Source: a virus
Reading direction: 5' to 3' (one strand)
Length of the DNA stretch: 64,000 nucleotides
Virus record (IMG/VR): IMGVR_UViG_3300045988_131014
Location: 1 to 64,000 of that record
Below the pieces are notes generated by a model that was not told the DNA's origin, ran no database searches, and saw only the letters and a program-made list of their open reading frames with translations. This document shows, piece after piece, positions 35,994 through 45,568 of the stretch. A program made the translations under genes and the position numbers. Positions within the stretch are counted from its first letter, which is position 1. The number at the start of each line of letters is the position of its first letter.

Positions 35994-37430
35994 ATGGCAA
36001 ACAAAGTAAGAGAAGAAAATATCCCATTAATTAACTATACCAATGAGGTAAAAGATGAAGATGTTAGTGATAATCAGGACGTACAGAGATATTTCTGTAG
36101 TGACAAGCCATTTGTTAATGGAATTGGCGTTACGATTTTAACTGGTGACTATCTTCCACCTTTAATTTTAGCTGAAGTTCCATTAAATGAAGATATCGTA
36201 CAGAAATATATTGTGGATGGTCTTCAGAGAACAACCGCATTAATGCAGATTAGATACGGAAATCATAAATTTACTGGTGCTATTGAAGATAGTGAAATTG
36301 AGTACCAAGAAAAACAGGTAGATGAAAATGGAAAATTCTTAAAAGATGATGACGGGAATTTTGTATGGGAAAAGAAAACATTTGATATTAAAAATAAAAC
36401 ATATGATGATTTTCCAAAAGAACTGAAGAAGCGTTTTGACAATTATCAGCTCAGAATTGCCACATATCAAAATTGTGATATGAAAAAGGTAAGCAAATTG
36501 GTAAGAAAGCTGAATGTACAAAGAGGAATGAATACAAGTCAGAGAGCATTGACTTGGATTCCTACATATGCAAGAAAAATTAAAAATATTGCTGATGAAG
36601 GATTTTTTAAAAATAGTATTGAGTATTCTGACACTGCCAGAAAAAATGGAGAATATATGCAGAGCGTATGCCGATCTGTTATGAATGTTTTTCATTTTGA
36701 TGACTACAAACGTGGTGCAAAAGAAATATGTGATTATCTCGAAGATAATAGTAACATTGAAGAATTCAATACAGTCCATGAATATTTTCAAAGAATCGAA
36801 GCAGCTTGTAAAGATACTTGTAAAGATATTCTTGTCAAAAAAGATATTCCTGTATGGCTGACAGTATTCAGTAGATTTGTAAAATGTGGTTTAGAAGATA
36901 GCAAGTTTGCAGATTTTATTCATGAGTTATCAGGAAAATTACATAGTATTGATGTTAATGGTGTCAGTTACGATTCGTTAAATAAAGAGTCTGGTACTAC
37001 AGACAAAAAACTTGTAGTTGCTAAAATTAATACATATACAGCTTTGATGAACGATTTTTTACATTTTGATATAACAGAAACAAGTAGCACAGAAGTAGAG
37101 AATAACAATACAGAAGAAAATGCTGAAGATAATACGGAAGAAAGTGTTCTTTCCTTTGTTCAAGAAAATGCAAATCCAAATGTGACAGACGAAGATATAA
37201 ACCTTTACACAGACATGGTAGAAGATTGTGTTAAGATTGACGATCCAGTTTATAAAGAGTGTGGAATGGCATTAGTAGCACTCATGGCATATGCTTGTCA
37301 AAATGATAAGGATCAGGATTTTGAAAAATGGATTGAGAATTACAGAAATAAATCTGATTTTAGTTCATCACAGAAAGTTAATTATACATATATGAAACGC
37401 AGCTTTGATAATTTTATAGCAAATGCGTAA
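35994..37430 (+). CDS. DUF262 (ParB-like / GmrSD N-terminal) domain protein
   Basis: Hallmark DGLQRTTAL motif in the N-terminal third. SD AAGGAGGAAAT upstream. No obvious HNH/DUF1524 motif in the C-terminal half. Confidence 0.65.
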   Translation: MANKVREENIPLINYTNEVKDEDVSDNQDVQRYFCSDKPFVNGIGVTILTGDYLPPLILAEVPLNEDIVQKYIVDGLQRTTALMQIRYGNHKFTGAIEDSEIEYQEKQVDENGKFLKDDDGNFVWEKKTFDIKNKTYDDFPKELKKRFDNYQLRIATYQNCDMKKVSKLVRKLNVQRGMNTSQRALTWIPTYARKIKNIADEGFFKNSIEYSDTARKNGEYMQSVCRSVMNVFHFDDYKRGAKEICDYLEDNSNIEEFNTVHEYFQRIEAACKDTCKDILVKKDIPVWLTVFSRFVKCGLEDSKFADFIHELSGKLHSIDVNGVSYDSLNKESGTTDKKLVVAKINTYTALMNDFLHFDITETSSTEVENNNTEENAEDNTEESVLSFVQENANPNVTDEDINLYTDMVEDCVKIDDPVYKECGMALVALMAYACQNDKDQDFEKWIENYRNKSDFSSSQKVNYTYMKRSFDNFIANA

Positions 37431-37799
37431 TCAATTTGGTAATAAGCAATAGCTTTTACATAAAAGATGGGCAACGATATGTCGTGAAGTTGCTGTTGCC
37501 CATCTCGCATATCAACTAGGAATAATCCAGAAGTCGATATACATATATAGTATCTCATTTCTATGGCTGAATCAATATCCAAATGACATTCTTCTCGTTC
37601 TGAGTTGGATTATTCCATTATTAAAAATGGTAAATGAACAGAAATTAAAATAGAAATATCAAAATAAAGTTCGATTTCTTTGGAAAATGAAAGGAGAAAA
37701 ATATGATTACAAAGACATTATATACTTGTCAGTTCTGTAATACTGATTATACAAAGAAATGAAAAAGCAATTGAACATGGTAAAATCGCTAAACATTCA

Positions 37800-38084
37800 A
37801 TGCATTTGATTCGTCTGTATATGATGTGTTTGGATATTCTTGAAAAAGAGAGAATAATCACGTATAGAGAAGACGAACATGATTTACTTATGGATATTCG
37901 TAATGGTAAGTATTTGGATAGCAACGATCAGCCAATCCCAGAATTCTTTGAAATGGTAAATGATTATGAAAAGAGATTGGATTATGCGAAGAAGAACACA
38001 AATCTTCCTGATAATCCTAATTATAAGGCTATCAATGAATTTGTTGCTAGTGTAAATGAAAGGGTGGTAAAAGGTGAAATCTAA
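37800..38084 (+). pseudogene. C-terminal fragment of an RlaP-like (RNA-repair-associated) nucleotidyltransferase family protein
   Basis: KHSMHLIRLYMMCLDILEKERIITYRE resembles the family's C-terminal helix. The N-terminal catalytic half is absent. The SD-preceded ATG at 37703 is in another frame and stops at TGA 37760. Confidence 0.4.
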
Positions 38085-39426
38085 TCTAAAAATTGAAATT
38101 CCATATGGTGCAAATGAAATTATTCATACCTTACAGAATAATGGATATGAAGCTTTCTTAGTTGGAGGGTGCGTAAGAGACAGTATCCTTGGAAGACCAA
38201 TTCACGATTATGACATTACAACTTCTGCCACACCAGATGAAATGATGGAAGTATTCAAGGACAAGAGAATTATTGAAACTGGTTTGCAACATGGAACTAT
38301 TACCATTGTAATTGACGGTGATGGATATGAATGTACCACTTACAGAATTGACGGTAATTACTCAGATAGTCGTAGACCTGATAGTGTAACATTTACACGA
38401 AATCTTAAAGAAGATTTAAAGCGTAGAGATTTTACAATCAATGCAATGGCATATAATGATGAAGTTGGTCTTGTAGATCCGTTTAATGGTATGGAAGATA
38501 TTAAATACCACAAGATTAGATGTGTTGGTAGAGCAGAAGACAGATTTTCAGAAGATGCATTAAGAATTTTACGTGCTATTCGGTTTGCATCACAGTTGGG
38601 ATTTGTCCTTGAACCTGATACAGATTGGAATATCTCTAAAATGTATAAGAATTTGGAGAATATATCTATTGAAAGGATCAATAGTGAGTTCTGTAAAATT
38701 GCTGCATCGAGTGATTTCTGTGTACAAATGGTCTTATATCACGAAGTATTCTCATTGTTCATTCCTGAAATTAAAGACATGTTTGGCTTTCAACAGAATA
38801 ATCCATATCATATTTATGATGTATGGAATCATACAGTACATGCAATAGAATATTGTGAATCTGATGATTTAGTAACAAGATTAGCTGTGTTCTTTCATGA
38901 CATAGGAAAGCCACGTTGTTATCAAGATAGCGAGGATGGTATTAGACATTTCAAAGGTCATGGAAGAGTCAGTGCTGATATGACTGATAAAATAATGAAG
39001 CGATTAAGATTTGACAATGATACAAGAGAAAAGGTCGTTGAATTAGTCTATTATCATGATGCTACTTTTGAGGTGGGAAAGAAATATATCAAGAGATGGC
39101 TTAATAAAATTGGGGAAGAACAGTTCAGAAGGTTATTAAATGTTCGTAGAGCTGATATTAAAGCACAAGCAGACATTAATCAGGGAACAAGGTTACAGAA
39201 GATTGATAACATCGGATATATTTTAGAAGAAGTCTTACAGGATGATGAATGTTTTTCTCTAAAGGATTTAGCAGTTAATGGAAAGGATTTAATTACTATT
39301 GGATATAAGCCAGGAAAAGAAATTGGTGAGGTATTAAATAATCTGTTGGATTCAGTCATTAGTGGAGAATATATAAATGAGAAAGAAAAACTATTAGAAA
39401 TAGCAGAGAGAAGATTACATGGTTAA
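38074..39426 (+). CDS. cca: CCA-adding tRNA nucleotidyltransferase with HD domain
   Basis: GGCVRDSILGRPIHDYDITT, RRDFTINAMA, LRAIRFASQLGF, and HD motif FFHDIGKP. Confidence 0.9.
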   Translation: MKSNLKIEIPYGANEIIHTLQNNGYEAFLVGGCVRDSILGRPIHDYDITTSATPDEMMEVFKDKRIIETGLQHGTITIVIDGDGYECTTYRIDGNYSDSRRPDSVTFTRNLKEDLKRRDFTINAMAYNDEVGLVDPFNGMEDIKYHKIRCVGRAEDRFSEDALRILRAIRFASQLGFVLEPDTDWNISKMYKNLENISIERINSEFCKIAASSDFCVQMVLYHEVFSLFIPEIKDMFGFQQNNPYHIYDVWNHTVHAIEYCESDDLVTRLAVFFHDIGKPRCYQDSEDGIRHFKGHGRVSADMTDKIMKRLRFDNDTREKVVELVYYHDATFEVGKKYIKRWLNKIGEEQFRRLLNVRRADIKAQADINQGTRLQKIDNIGYILEEVLQDDECFSLKDLAVNGKDLITIGYKPGKEIGEVLNNLLDSVISGEYINEKEKLLEIAERRLHG

Positions 39427-40339
39427 ATTATTCAGTCATACAGATTTAGATGGAATCGGTTGTGGTATTTTGGCAAAACTTGCATTCGGAGATGATGTAG
39501 ATATTTCATATTGTGATTATGATAACATTGATTCAAGTGTCATGGAGTTTATTGATAGTGAAACAGAATTTGATATGTGTATTATTACAGATATCAGAGT
39601 AAATGAAGATACAGCGAAAATTATTGATGACAGATTTAATAATTTTTATTTATTAGACCATCATCCAACAGCTCTTGGACTTAATAAGTATCTTTGGTGT
39701 TCTGTGACTATTGAGTATGAAGATATGGAACTTGGAACTATTAAAACCAGTGGAACAGAGATGTTTTATTATTGGTTAATCAAGAATGGTTATTTAAAAG
39801 ATTCAGAGACATTAAGAAGATTTGCTGAACTTGTGAGAGATTATGACACTTGGAGATGGTCGGAACTTGGTGGAGATGGGGTTATTTGTAAGCAGGTGAA
39901 TGACTTACTTTATCTGTATGGTCGAGATGATTTTATTCATTGGTGCGTTAACGAGATACGTGGTGAAATATTCCCATTATTATCTGCTAAAGATGAGGTC
40001 GTTCTAAAGATTAAGCAGGATGAAATTGATAGATATATCGAAGAGAAGAACGAAACTATGTTTACCAGTCCTATGTGTGGTAAGGTTTGTGGTTTTGTAT
40101 TTGCAGATAGGTTTGTTAGTGAATTAGGTAATAGACTTTGTAAAATGCATCCTGAAATCGATTTCGTGGCTATGATTGATATTGATGGTTGCACAGTATC
40201 TTATAGAACTGTTAAAGAAGATCTTGATCTTGGTAAAGAGGTAGCAAGTTTATTTGGTGGCGGCGGTCATCCAAAAGCTGCTGGTTCAGAATTTAGTCAG
40301 ACTATTAAGTTAAAAATTATTGAGAAAATCTTCGAATAA
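39419..40339 (+). CDS. DHH/DHHA1-family phosphoesterase (NrnA-like)
   Basis: HTDLDGIGCG, ITD, LLDHHP, and DHHA1 motif GGGGHPKAAG; overlaps the cca stop. Confidence 0.8.
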   Translation: MVKLFSHTDLDGIGCGILAKLAFGDDVDISYCDYDNIDSSVMEFIDSETEFDMCIITDIRVNEDTAKIIDDRFNNFYLLDHHPTALGLNKYLWCSVTIEYEDMELGTIKTSGTEMFYYWLIKNGYLKDSETLRRFAELVRDYDTWRWSELGGDGVICKQVNDLLYLYGRDDFIHWCVNEIRGEIFPLLSAKDEVVLKIKQDEIDRYIEEKNETMFTSPMCGKVCGFVFADRFVSELGNRLCKMHPEIDFVAMIDIDGCTVSYRTVKEDLDLGKEVASLFGGGGHPKAAGSEFSQTIKLKIIEKIFE

Positions 40340-40406
40340 TCTTTAATTCTATTCAAGGCTGATCAGCCAAAATTTCCAAATAAAAGTAACAAGAAATATT
40401 TTTTTT

Positions 40407-40448
40407 CCTATGGTTTTTGCAGACGTGCAAATTCCATAGGATTTTTTA
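40407..40448 (+). terminator. Rho-independent terminator
   Basis: CCTATGG..CCATAGG followed by ATTTTTT. Confidence 0.7.
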
Positions 40449-40530
40449 CAACAAAATAATTAAGAAGAAAGGAATTAAGCAGTAACTCCTAGGTAATTAT
40501 GGTTACGTAACCTCTGTAAAATAGTGTATT

Positions 40531-41496
40531 TTGACAGAGAATAATGAAAAAAATAATTCTCAAGGACTACGAGTATTAAGTTTATGTGGTGGAATCTCTT
40601 GTGGAAGAGTTGCATTAGATAAAGCCAATATTTCAGTCAGTGAGTATAACGCATTTGAAATTGAAGAGAATGCAATCAAAATCAGTAGATATAATTATCC
40701 TGATATCAAAAGATACGGTGACGTATTTTCTACCGACTTCAAGGGTTTTAATGGAGTCGATCTATTAATGGGTGGTTCACCTTGCCAGTTCTGGTCGAAA
40801 GCCAAGTGTAGTAAAACAGCAAAATTGAAGAGAGAAATTGATACAGAAGGCGAAGGTTGGAAACTGTTTCAGAAATTTGTGGAAGCAAAGAATAACACAA
40901 ATCCAAAATATTTCCTATATGAAAACAATTATGGAATGGCTGATGAGATTCAAGACGCTATTAGTGAGGAATTGGGTGTACAACCAATTATGATTGATAG
41001 TCAATTATTATCAGCTCAGAGAAGAAAACGTCTGTATTGGACGAACATACCAAATATCACGCTTCCTGATGATAAAGGATTATTAGTGAAAGATGTTATT
41101 TGTGATGATCCAGATTTAGTCAAATACTTTGATGACAGAATCAGGAACACAATGATTAAGTGTGAGAATTACATAAAATATGATCTTGGTGGCAAAGGTC
41201 ATTATTCGCAACAGGACAGGCTGTACTTTTTAGATAAGAAAGCTCCAACAGTACCACGTTGTAGAACAGAAACAAAATTCAATGTTTGGCTTGGTGGAGA
41301 AAAATATAAAAAGACATGTCCATTAGAGATTGAACGACTTCAGACACTTCCAGACAATTATACGGAGTTTGGAATGGATGAGAGTGGCAATGTAAAAGCA
41401 ATGCCTAAGACAAGAAGGTTTGAAGCAATTGGTAACGGATGGACTGTCGATGTTATAGCACATATTTTGAGTTTTATGAAGTGTAATGGAGAATAA
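40531..41496 (+). CDS. dcm: DNA (cytosine-5)-methyltransferase
   Basis: Motif I LSLCGGISCG, motif IV GGSPCQFWS, motif VI YENNYG, motif VIII QRRKRLYW, motif X GNGWTV. Only a TTG start, with no SD. Confidence 0.85.
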   Translation: MTENNEKNNSQGLRVLSLCGGISCGRVALDKANISVSEYNAFEIEENAIKISRYNYPDIKRYGDVFSTDFKGFNGVDLLMGGSPCQFWSKAKCSKTAKLKREIDTEGEGWKLFQKFVEAKNNTNPKYFLYENNYGMADEIQDAISEELGVQPIMIDSQLLSAQRRKRLYWTNIPNITLPDDKGLLVKDVICDDPDLVKYFDDRIRNTMIKCENYIKYDLGGKGHYSQQDRLYFLDKKAPTVPRCRTETKFNVWLGGEKYKKTCPLEIERLQTLPDNYTEFGMDESGNVKAMPKTRRFEAIGNGWTVDVIAHILSFMKCNGE

Positions 41497-41583
41497 CATA
41501 ATATGAAGTTCGCAGTAAAGCGGAATTTCTTCTGAGTTTTCAGAGAATAAATACATATAAAAATAAAGAAAAGAGGTAGCAAA

Positions 41584-42108
41584 ATGAGAGAAACATTAAT
41601 TGTTGTAGATATGCAGAATGATTTTATTGATGGAACACTTGGTACAAAGGAAGCACAGGCAATTGTATCAAATGTAGCAAAGAAAATTAAGGAGTATAAG
41701 GATGCTGGTAAGCAGGTAATTTTTACAAGAGATACACATTCTGAGAATTACTTAGAAACATACGAGGGTAAGCACCTTCCTGTTGCTCACTGTGTAAAGA
41801 ATACTATTGGTTGGCAGATTTCCGATAAGTTAGATTTTGATATTGAGAACGATATTCTGATTGATAAGCCTACATTTGGTTGTTTAAACTGGAAGGATTT
41901 TGGATTTGAAAGCGTTGAGATTTGCGGATTATGCACCGATATCTGTGTGGTTTCAAATGCACTTATTATCAGAGCAAATTATCCTGAGATTGATATTACA
42001 ATAGATGCAAGTTGCTGTGCAGGTGTCACACCTGATACTCACAAGGCTGCATTAGCAACTATGAAGATGTGTCAGATCGAAGTGATTGGAGAGAATAATG
42101 AAGTGTAA
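41584..42108 (+). CDS. pncA: nicotinamidase (isochorismatase/cysteine-hydrolase family)
   Basis: VVDMQNDF (Asp), DTH..LPVAHCV..T.GWQI (metal site / PncA-type), IDKPTFG (Lys), ICGLCTDICV (Cys). Confidence 0.8.
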   Translation: MRETLIVVDMQNDFIDGTLGTKEAQAIVSNVAKKIKEYKDAGKQVIFTRDTHSENYLETYEGKHLPVAHCVKNTIGWQISDKLDFDIENDILIDKPTFGCLNWKDFGFESVEICGLCTDICVVSNALIIRANYPEIDITIDASCCAGVTPDTHKAALATMKMCQIEVIGENNEV

Positions 42109-42652
42109 GAATTATATCATTAATACTTTCAGACATTTTAAGAAAGTCTGTACTCATAAACGTTGGGTATTCTACTATTGCTGTAAAGTGGGAATTCCAT
42201 TTCAAGGGTTAGTACATGATTTATCTAAATTTTCTCCAACGGAATTTTGGGAGAGTGTTAAGTATTATCAAGGTACTTCAAGTCCAATAGATGCTTGCAA
42301 GAAAGAGAATGGTTGGTCAGTAGCTTGGATGCACCATAAAGGAAGAAACAAGCACCATTACGAATATTGGCAGGACAATTTTGATAATGGTGGAAATCCT
42401 ATTGAAATGCCAATGAAGTATAAAAAAGAAATGCTTTGTGATTATCTTGGAGCAGGTAGAGCATATCATGGTAAATCATTTAATTTTGAGAAGGAATTAA
42501 AATGGTGGGAATCTAAGAAAAGTAAACCAATTGCAATGCATCCAAATGACATGGCTTTTATTGATAAGTACATTAATCTGTTTTATGAGTACGAAAACAG
42601 AGAATATGATATTAGAACAATATTTAATCAAATCAAGAAAGAAGGAAAATAA
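42098..42652 (+). CDS. His/Trp-rich protein of unknown function inside the NAD operon (DUF5662-like by recollection)
   Basis: GGAG 7 nt upstream. LVHDLSKFSP..WMHHKGRNKHHYEYWQD. Overlaps pncA and abuts pncB. Confidence 0.6.
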   Translation: MKCKNYIINTFRHFKKVCTHKRWVFYYCCKVGIPFQGLVHDLSKFSPTEFWESVKYYQGTSSPIDACKKENGWSVAWMHHKGRNKHHYEYWQDNFDNGGNPIEMPMKYKKEMLCDYLGAGRAYHGKSFNFEKELKWWESKKSKPIAMHPNDMAFIDKYINLFYEYENREYDIRTIFNQIKKEGK

Positions 42653-42653
42653 T

Positions 42654-43862
42654 ATGGAGCAGATTATTACAAGTTTGTTGGAGACAGATGCCTACAAATT
42701 GTCAATGGGACAGGCTATTTATCATCAGTTTAGCGATTATAAAACCACTTGGAGTTTTAAATGTCGTAATAAGGATGTTCATTTTACACCAGAAATGGTA
42801 GAAGAGATCCGTAGACAGATTAAATTATATTGTGGTTTGAGATTCACAGAAGATGAACTTACTTATATTGATAATATCAAATGGATGAAAGGTTCATATG
42901 TTGATTTTCTGAGATTGTGGCAGCCAAGATATGAGGATTTTGAGATTACAACAGATTCAGATTGTGGTCTTTCTATCGAAACATTTGGTACATGGCTTAA
43001 TACATCTATGTATGAGATTCCTACACTTGCGATTGTAAACGAAGTATATTTCAGAATGGCATATAACTATGAGGAATTGCTTAATAGTTTCAAAAAGAGA
43101 TTAGATGAAAAGTACGAAAATCTCAGAAGCGGTCATTGGTACGCTGGTACATTTTCTGAATTTGGTCTTAGAAGAAGACTTTCTGCTGAAGCACAGGAGT
43201 TAGCTGTTGAGAAGTTTTCACATTTGAATGATACATTACACAGTCCATCTAAGTTTGTTGGTACATCTAATGTATATCTCGCAAAGAAATACAATCTCAC
43301 GCCTGTTGGAACTATGGCTCATGAATGGATTATGTGTTCTGGTCAGGGCAATCACAAGCACAATCCAGCATATTCAAACTGGTATGCCATAGACGCATGG
43401 GTTAGAGAGTATGGTGTGTTAAATGGTATTGCGCTCACAGACACAATTACAACTGATTGTTTCTTGAAAGATTTTCAGTTGACATATGCAACATTATTCA
43501 GTGGTGTAAGACATGATAGTGGCGATCCGATTGAATGGGGTGAAAAGATGATTAATCATTATGAGTCACTTGGTATCAATCCTAAGACAAAGACACTTCT
43601 GTTTAGTGACAGTCTTGATTTTGAAAGAGCTGATAAGTTATTCAGACACTTCCATGATAGAGTAAACGTTGCATTTGGAATTGGTACTTATTTGAGTAAT
43701 GACACAGATGTTCCCGCTTTAAATATTGTAATGAAAACCACTAAATGTAATGGCATGGATGTTGCAAAAGTGTCTGATGTAGAAGGTAAAGGTATGTGTA
43801 AAAACCCTGATTATGTTGATTATTTAAAGAGATGTATTAATTGGAGAATGAATCATGAATAA
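42654..43862 (+). CDS. pncB: nicotinate phosphoribosyltransferase
   Basis: Collinear with E. coli PncB: LLETDAYKLSMGQA, FGLRRRLS, FVGTSNVYLAKKY.LTPVGTMAHEW, GIALTDT, GVRHDSGDPIEWGEK, FGIGT, NIVMK..KCNG..VAK.SD. Confidence 0.9.
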   Translation: MEQIITSLLETDAYKLSMGQAIYHQFSDYKTTWSFKCRNKDVHFTPEMVEEIRRQIKLYCGLRFTEDELTYIDNIKWMKGSYVDFLRLWQPRYEDFEITTDSDCGLSIETFGTWLNTSMYEIPTLAIVNEVYFRMAYNYEELLNSFKKRLDEKYENLRSGHWYAGTFSEFGLRRRLSAEAQELAVEKFSHLNDTLHSPSKFVGTSNVYLAKKYNLTPVGTMAHEWIMCSGQGNHKHNPAYSNWYAIDAWVREYGVLNGIALTDTITTDCFLKDFQLTYATLFSGVRHDSGDPIEWGEKMINHYESLGINPKTKTLLFSDSLDFERADKLFRHFHDRVNVAFGIGTYLSNDTDVPALNIVMKTTKCNGMDVAKVSDVEGKGMCKNPDYVDYLKRCINWRMNHE

Positions 43863-44481
43863 AATTTTACTTATACCAGGAAGTTTTAATCCAATTACTA
43901 ACGCCCATGTTGATATGGCATTGACTGCTAAAAAAGCGGTTAATGCCGATGCTATATTGTTTATTCCTGCACATGATACATATGTTGCGAAGAAAAAGAT
44001 TTTGATACCTGGATATTGTCGAGTATCGCTGATTAATTCAATGCCAAATTGTGAGGAAAATAATATGTGCGCATCCGAAGTTGAAACAACCAGCTTCTTT
44101 CCACAGAGGACATACAATACTATTACTCAGATAAGAGATATGAATGAAAAAGATTATATTTTCAACGAATACTATATTTGTTTAGGAATGGATAATATTG
44201 AAACACTTACAACTTGGTATAATTGGAAACCGTTTGTTGAGGAATATAATTTTGTAGCATGTGTGAGGGAAGGTCAGAATCTTGAGACTGCTTTAAGAGA
44301 AGCAAATCTTATGGAATATAAAGATCACTTCACAGAAATTCAGATACCAGAAAATCACACTTCTTCAAGTTTGGTTAGAGATTTATGTGAAAAGGGTGAA
44401 TTTGAAAAAGTAAAAGAATTAGTTCCTAGAAATGTATATGAGTATTTAATTCGGTTCTATGATGTGATGAATCGAATGTAG
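43855..44481 (+). CDS. nadD: nicotinate-nucleotide (NaMN/NMN) adenylyltransferase
   Basis: PGSFNPITNAH (HxGH-type motif) and C-terminal TSSSLVRD (ISSTxxR-type motif); 8-nt overlap with pncB. Confidence 0.8.
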   Translation: MNKILLIPGSFNPITNAHVDMALTAKKAVNADAILFIPAHDTYVAKKKILIPGYCRVSLINSMPNCEENNMCASEVETTSFFPQRTYNTITQIRDMNEKDYIFNEYYICLGMDNIETLTTWYNWKPFVEEYNFVACVREGQNLETALREANLMEYKDHFTEIQIPENHTSSSLVRDLCEKGEFEKVKELVPRNVYEYLIRFYDVMNRM

Positions 44482-44497
44482 GAAGGAGAATATATAA

Positions 44498-45262
44498 ATG
44501 TTTGATGCTAAGAAAGTAAAGAATGAGATCGTAGAGTGGATTAGAGATTGGTTTGAACAGAATGGTAAAGATTGTATGGCAGTAGTTGGAATTTCTGGCG
44601 GTAAAGATTCAAGTGTTGTAGCTGCATTATGTGTAGAAGCTCTTGGAAAAAATAGAGTAATTGGAGTCCTTATGCCAAATGGACATCAATCAGATATTAT
44701 GGATGCATATAAATTATGCAAATTACTGAATATTAAAAGTATTGAGGTTAATATAAAAGAAACTGTAGATAGTGTGTACGATGCTATTCGTTATGGTGTT
44801 TATGATGATACACGACAAGGTTTTGACGAATTAAACATATCTGTACAGTCCAGAATTAATTTACCACCAAGAATTAGAATGGCTACATTATATGCTATTT
44901 CTCAGTCAGTAAATGGTCGTGTTGCTAATACATGTAATCTTTCTGAGGATTGGGTAGGTTATGCTACAAAATATGGCGATGCCGCTGGTGATTTCAGTCC
45001 ATTATCTCAGCTTACAGTAACAGAGGTTAAGGCTCTTGGTCGTGAGTTAGGACTTACATCTGAATTAATTGACAAGACACCTACCGATGGTCTTTGTGGA
45101 AAGACAGATGAAGATAATCTTGGATTTACATATGCAGAATTAGACGCATATATCAGAGATGGAATCGAGCCAAATGAGGAAGTAAAAGCTAAGATTGATT
45201 CAATGCATGAGAAAAATCTGTTTAAATTACAGCCAATGCCAAGTTTTGTGTATCAAGCGTAA
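44498..45262 (+). CDS. nadE: NH3-dependent NAD+ synthetase
   Basis: PP-loop VVGISGGKDSSVVAAL; NadE-like DWVGYATKYGDAAGDFSPL and TPTDGL. Confidence 0.9.
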   Translation: MFDAKKVKNEIVEWIRDWFEQNGKDCMAVVGISGGKDSSVVAALCVEALGKNRVIGVLMPNGHQSDIMDAYKLCKLLNIKSIEVNIKETVDSVYDAIRYGVYDDTRQGFDELNISVQSRINLPPRIRMATLYAISQSVNGRVANTCNLSEDWVGYATKYGDAAGDFSPLSQLTVTEVKALGRELGLTSELIDKTPTDGLCGKTDEDNLGFTYAELDAYIRDGIEPNEEVKAKIDSMHEKNLFKLQPMPSFVYQA

Positions 45263-45269
45263 ATGAGAT

Positions 45270-45322
45270 ACTATATATAGTGTTTGTGGAAGATATAGGC
45301 ACTATATATAGTAATATTTTTA
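45270..45322 (+). terminator. terminator closing the NAD operon
   Basis: Two copies of the self-complementary ACTATATATAGT form a 12-bp stem, followed by AATATTTTT. Confidence 0.6.
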
Positions 45323-45364
45323 CCAAGAAACATAGATTTCCTTGGGTTAGAAAAGAGGTAAAAA

Positions 45365-45568
45365 ATGGCAAAATTAAAGAAAATCGCTGAAATTAAGGCA
45401 TATTACGGATGTGAAGCAAAAGAGGTCGTTGAAACCCTTGAAAATAAAGGGTTTTTGGTGGTCGATGATGATGAAAACGATACTGTCAATAAAATATGGC
45501 ATGTGCTAAAAAATGTAGAAAAACGGATGAAACCGAAGTTTCTTGGTGATTTAGGAGGTGACAAATGA
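45365..45568 (+). CDS. hypothetical protein
   Basis: TTTCCTTGGG box plus AAGAGG SD upstream. Confidence 0.6.
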   Translation: MAKLKKIAEIKAYYGCEAKEVVETLENKGFLVVDDDENDTVNKIWHVLKNVEKRMKPKFLGDLGGDK

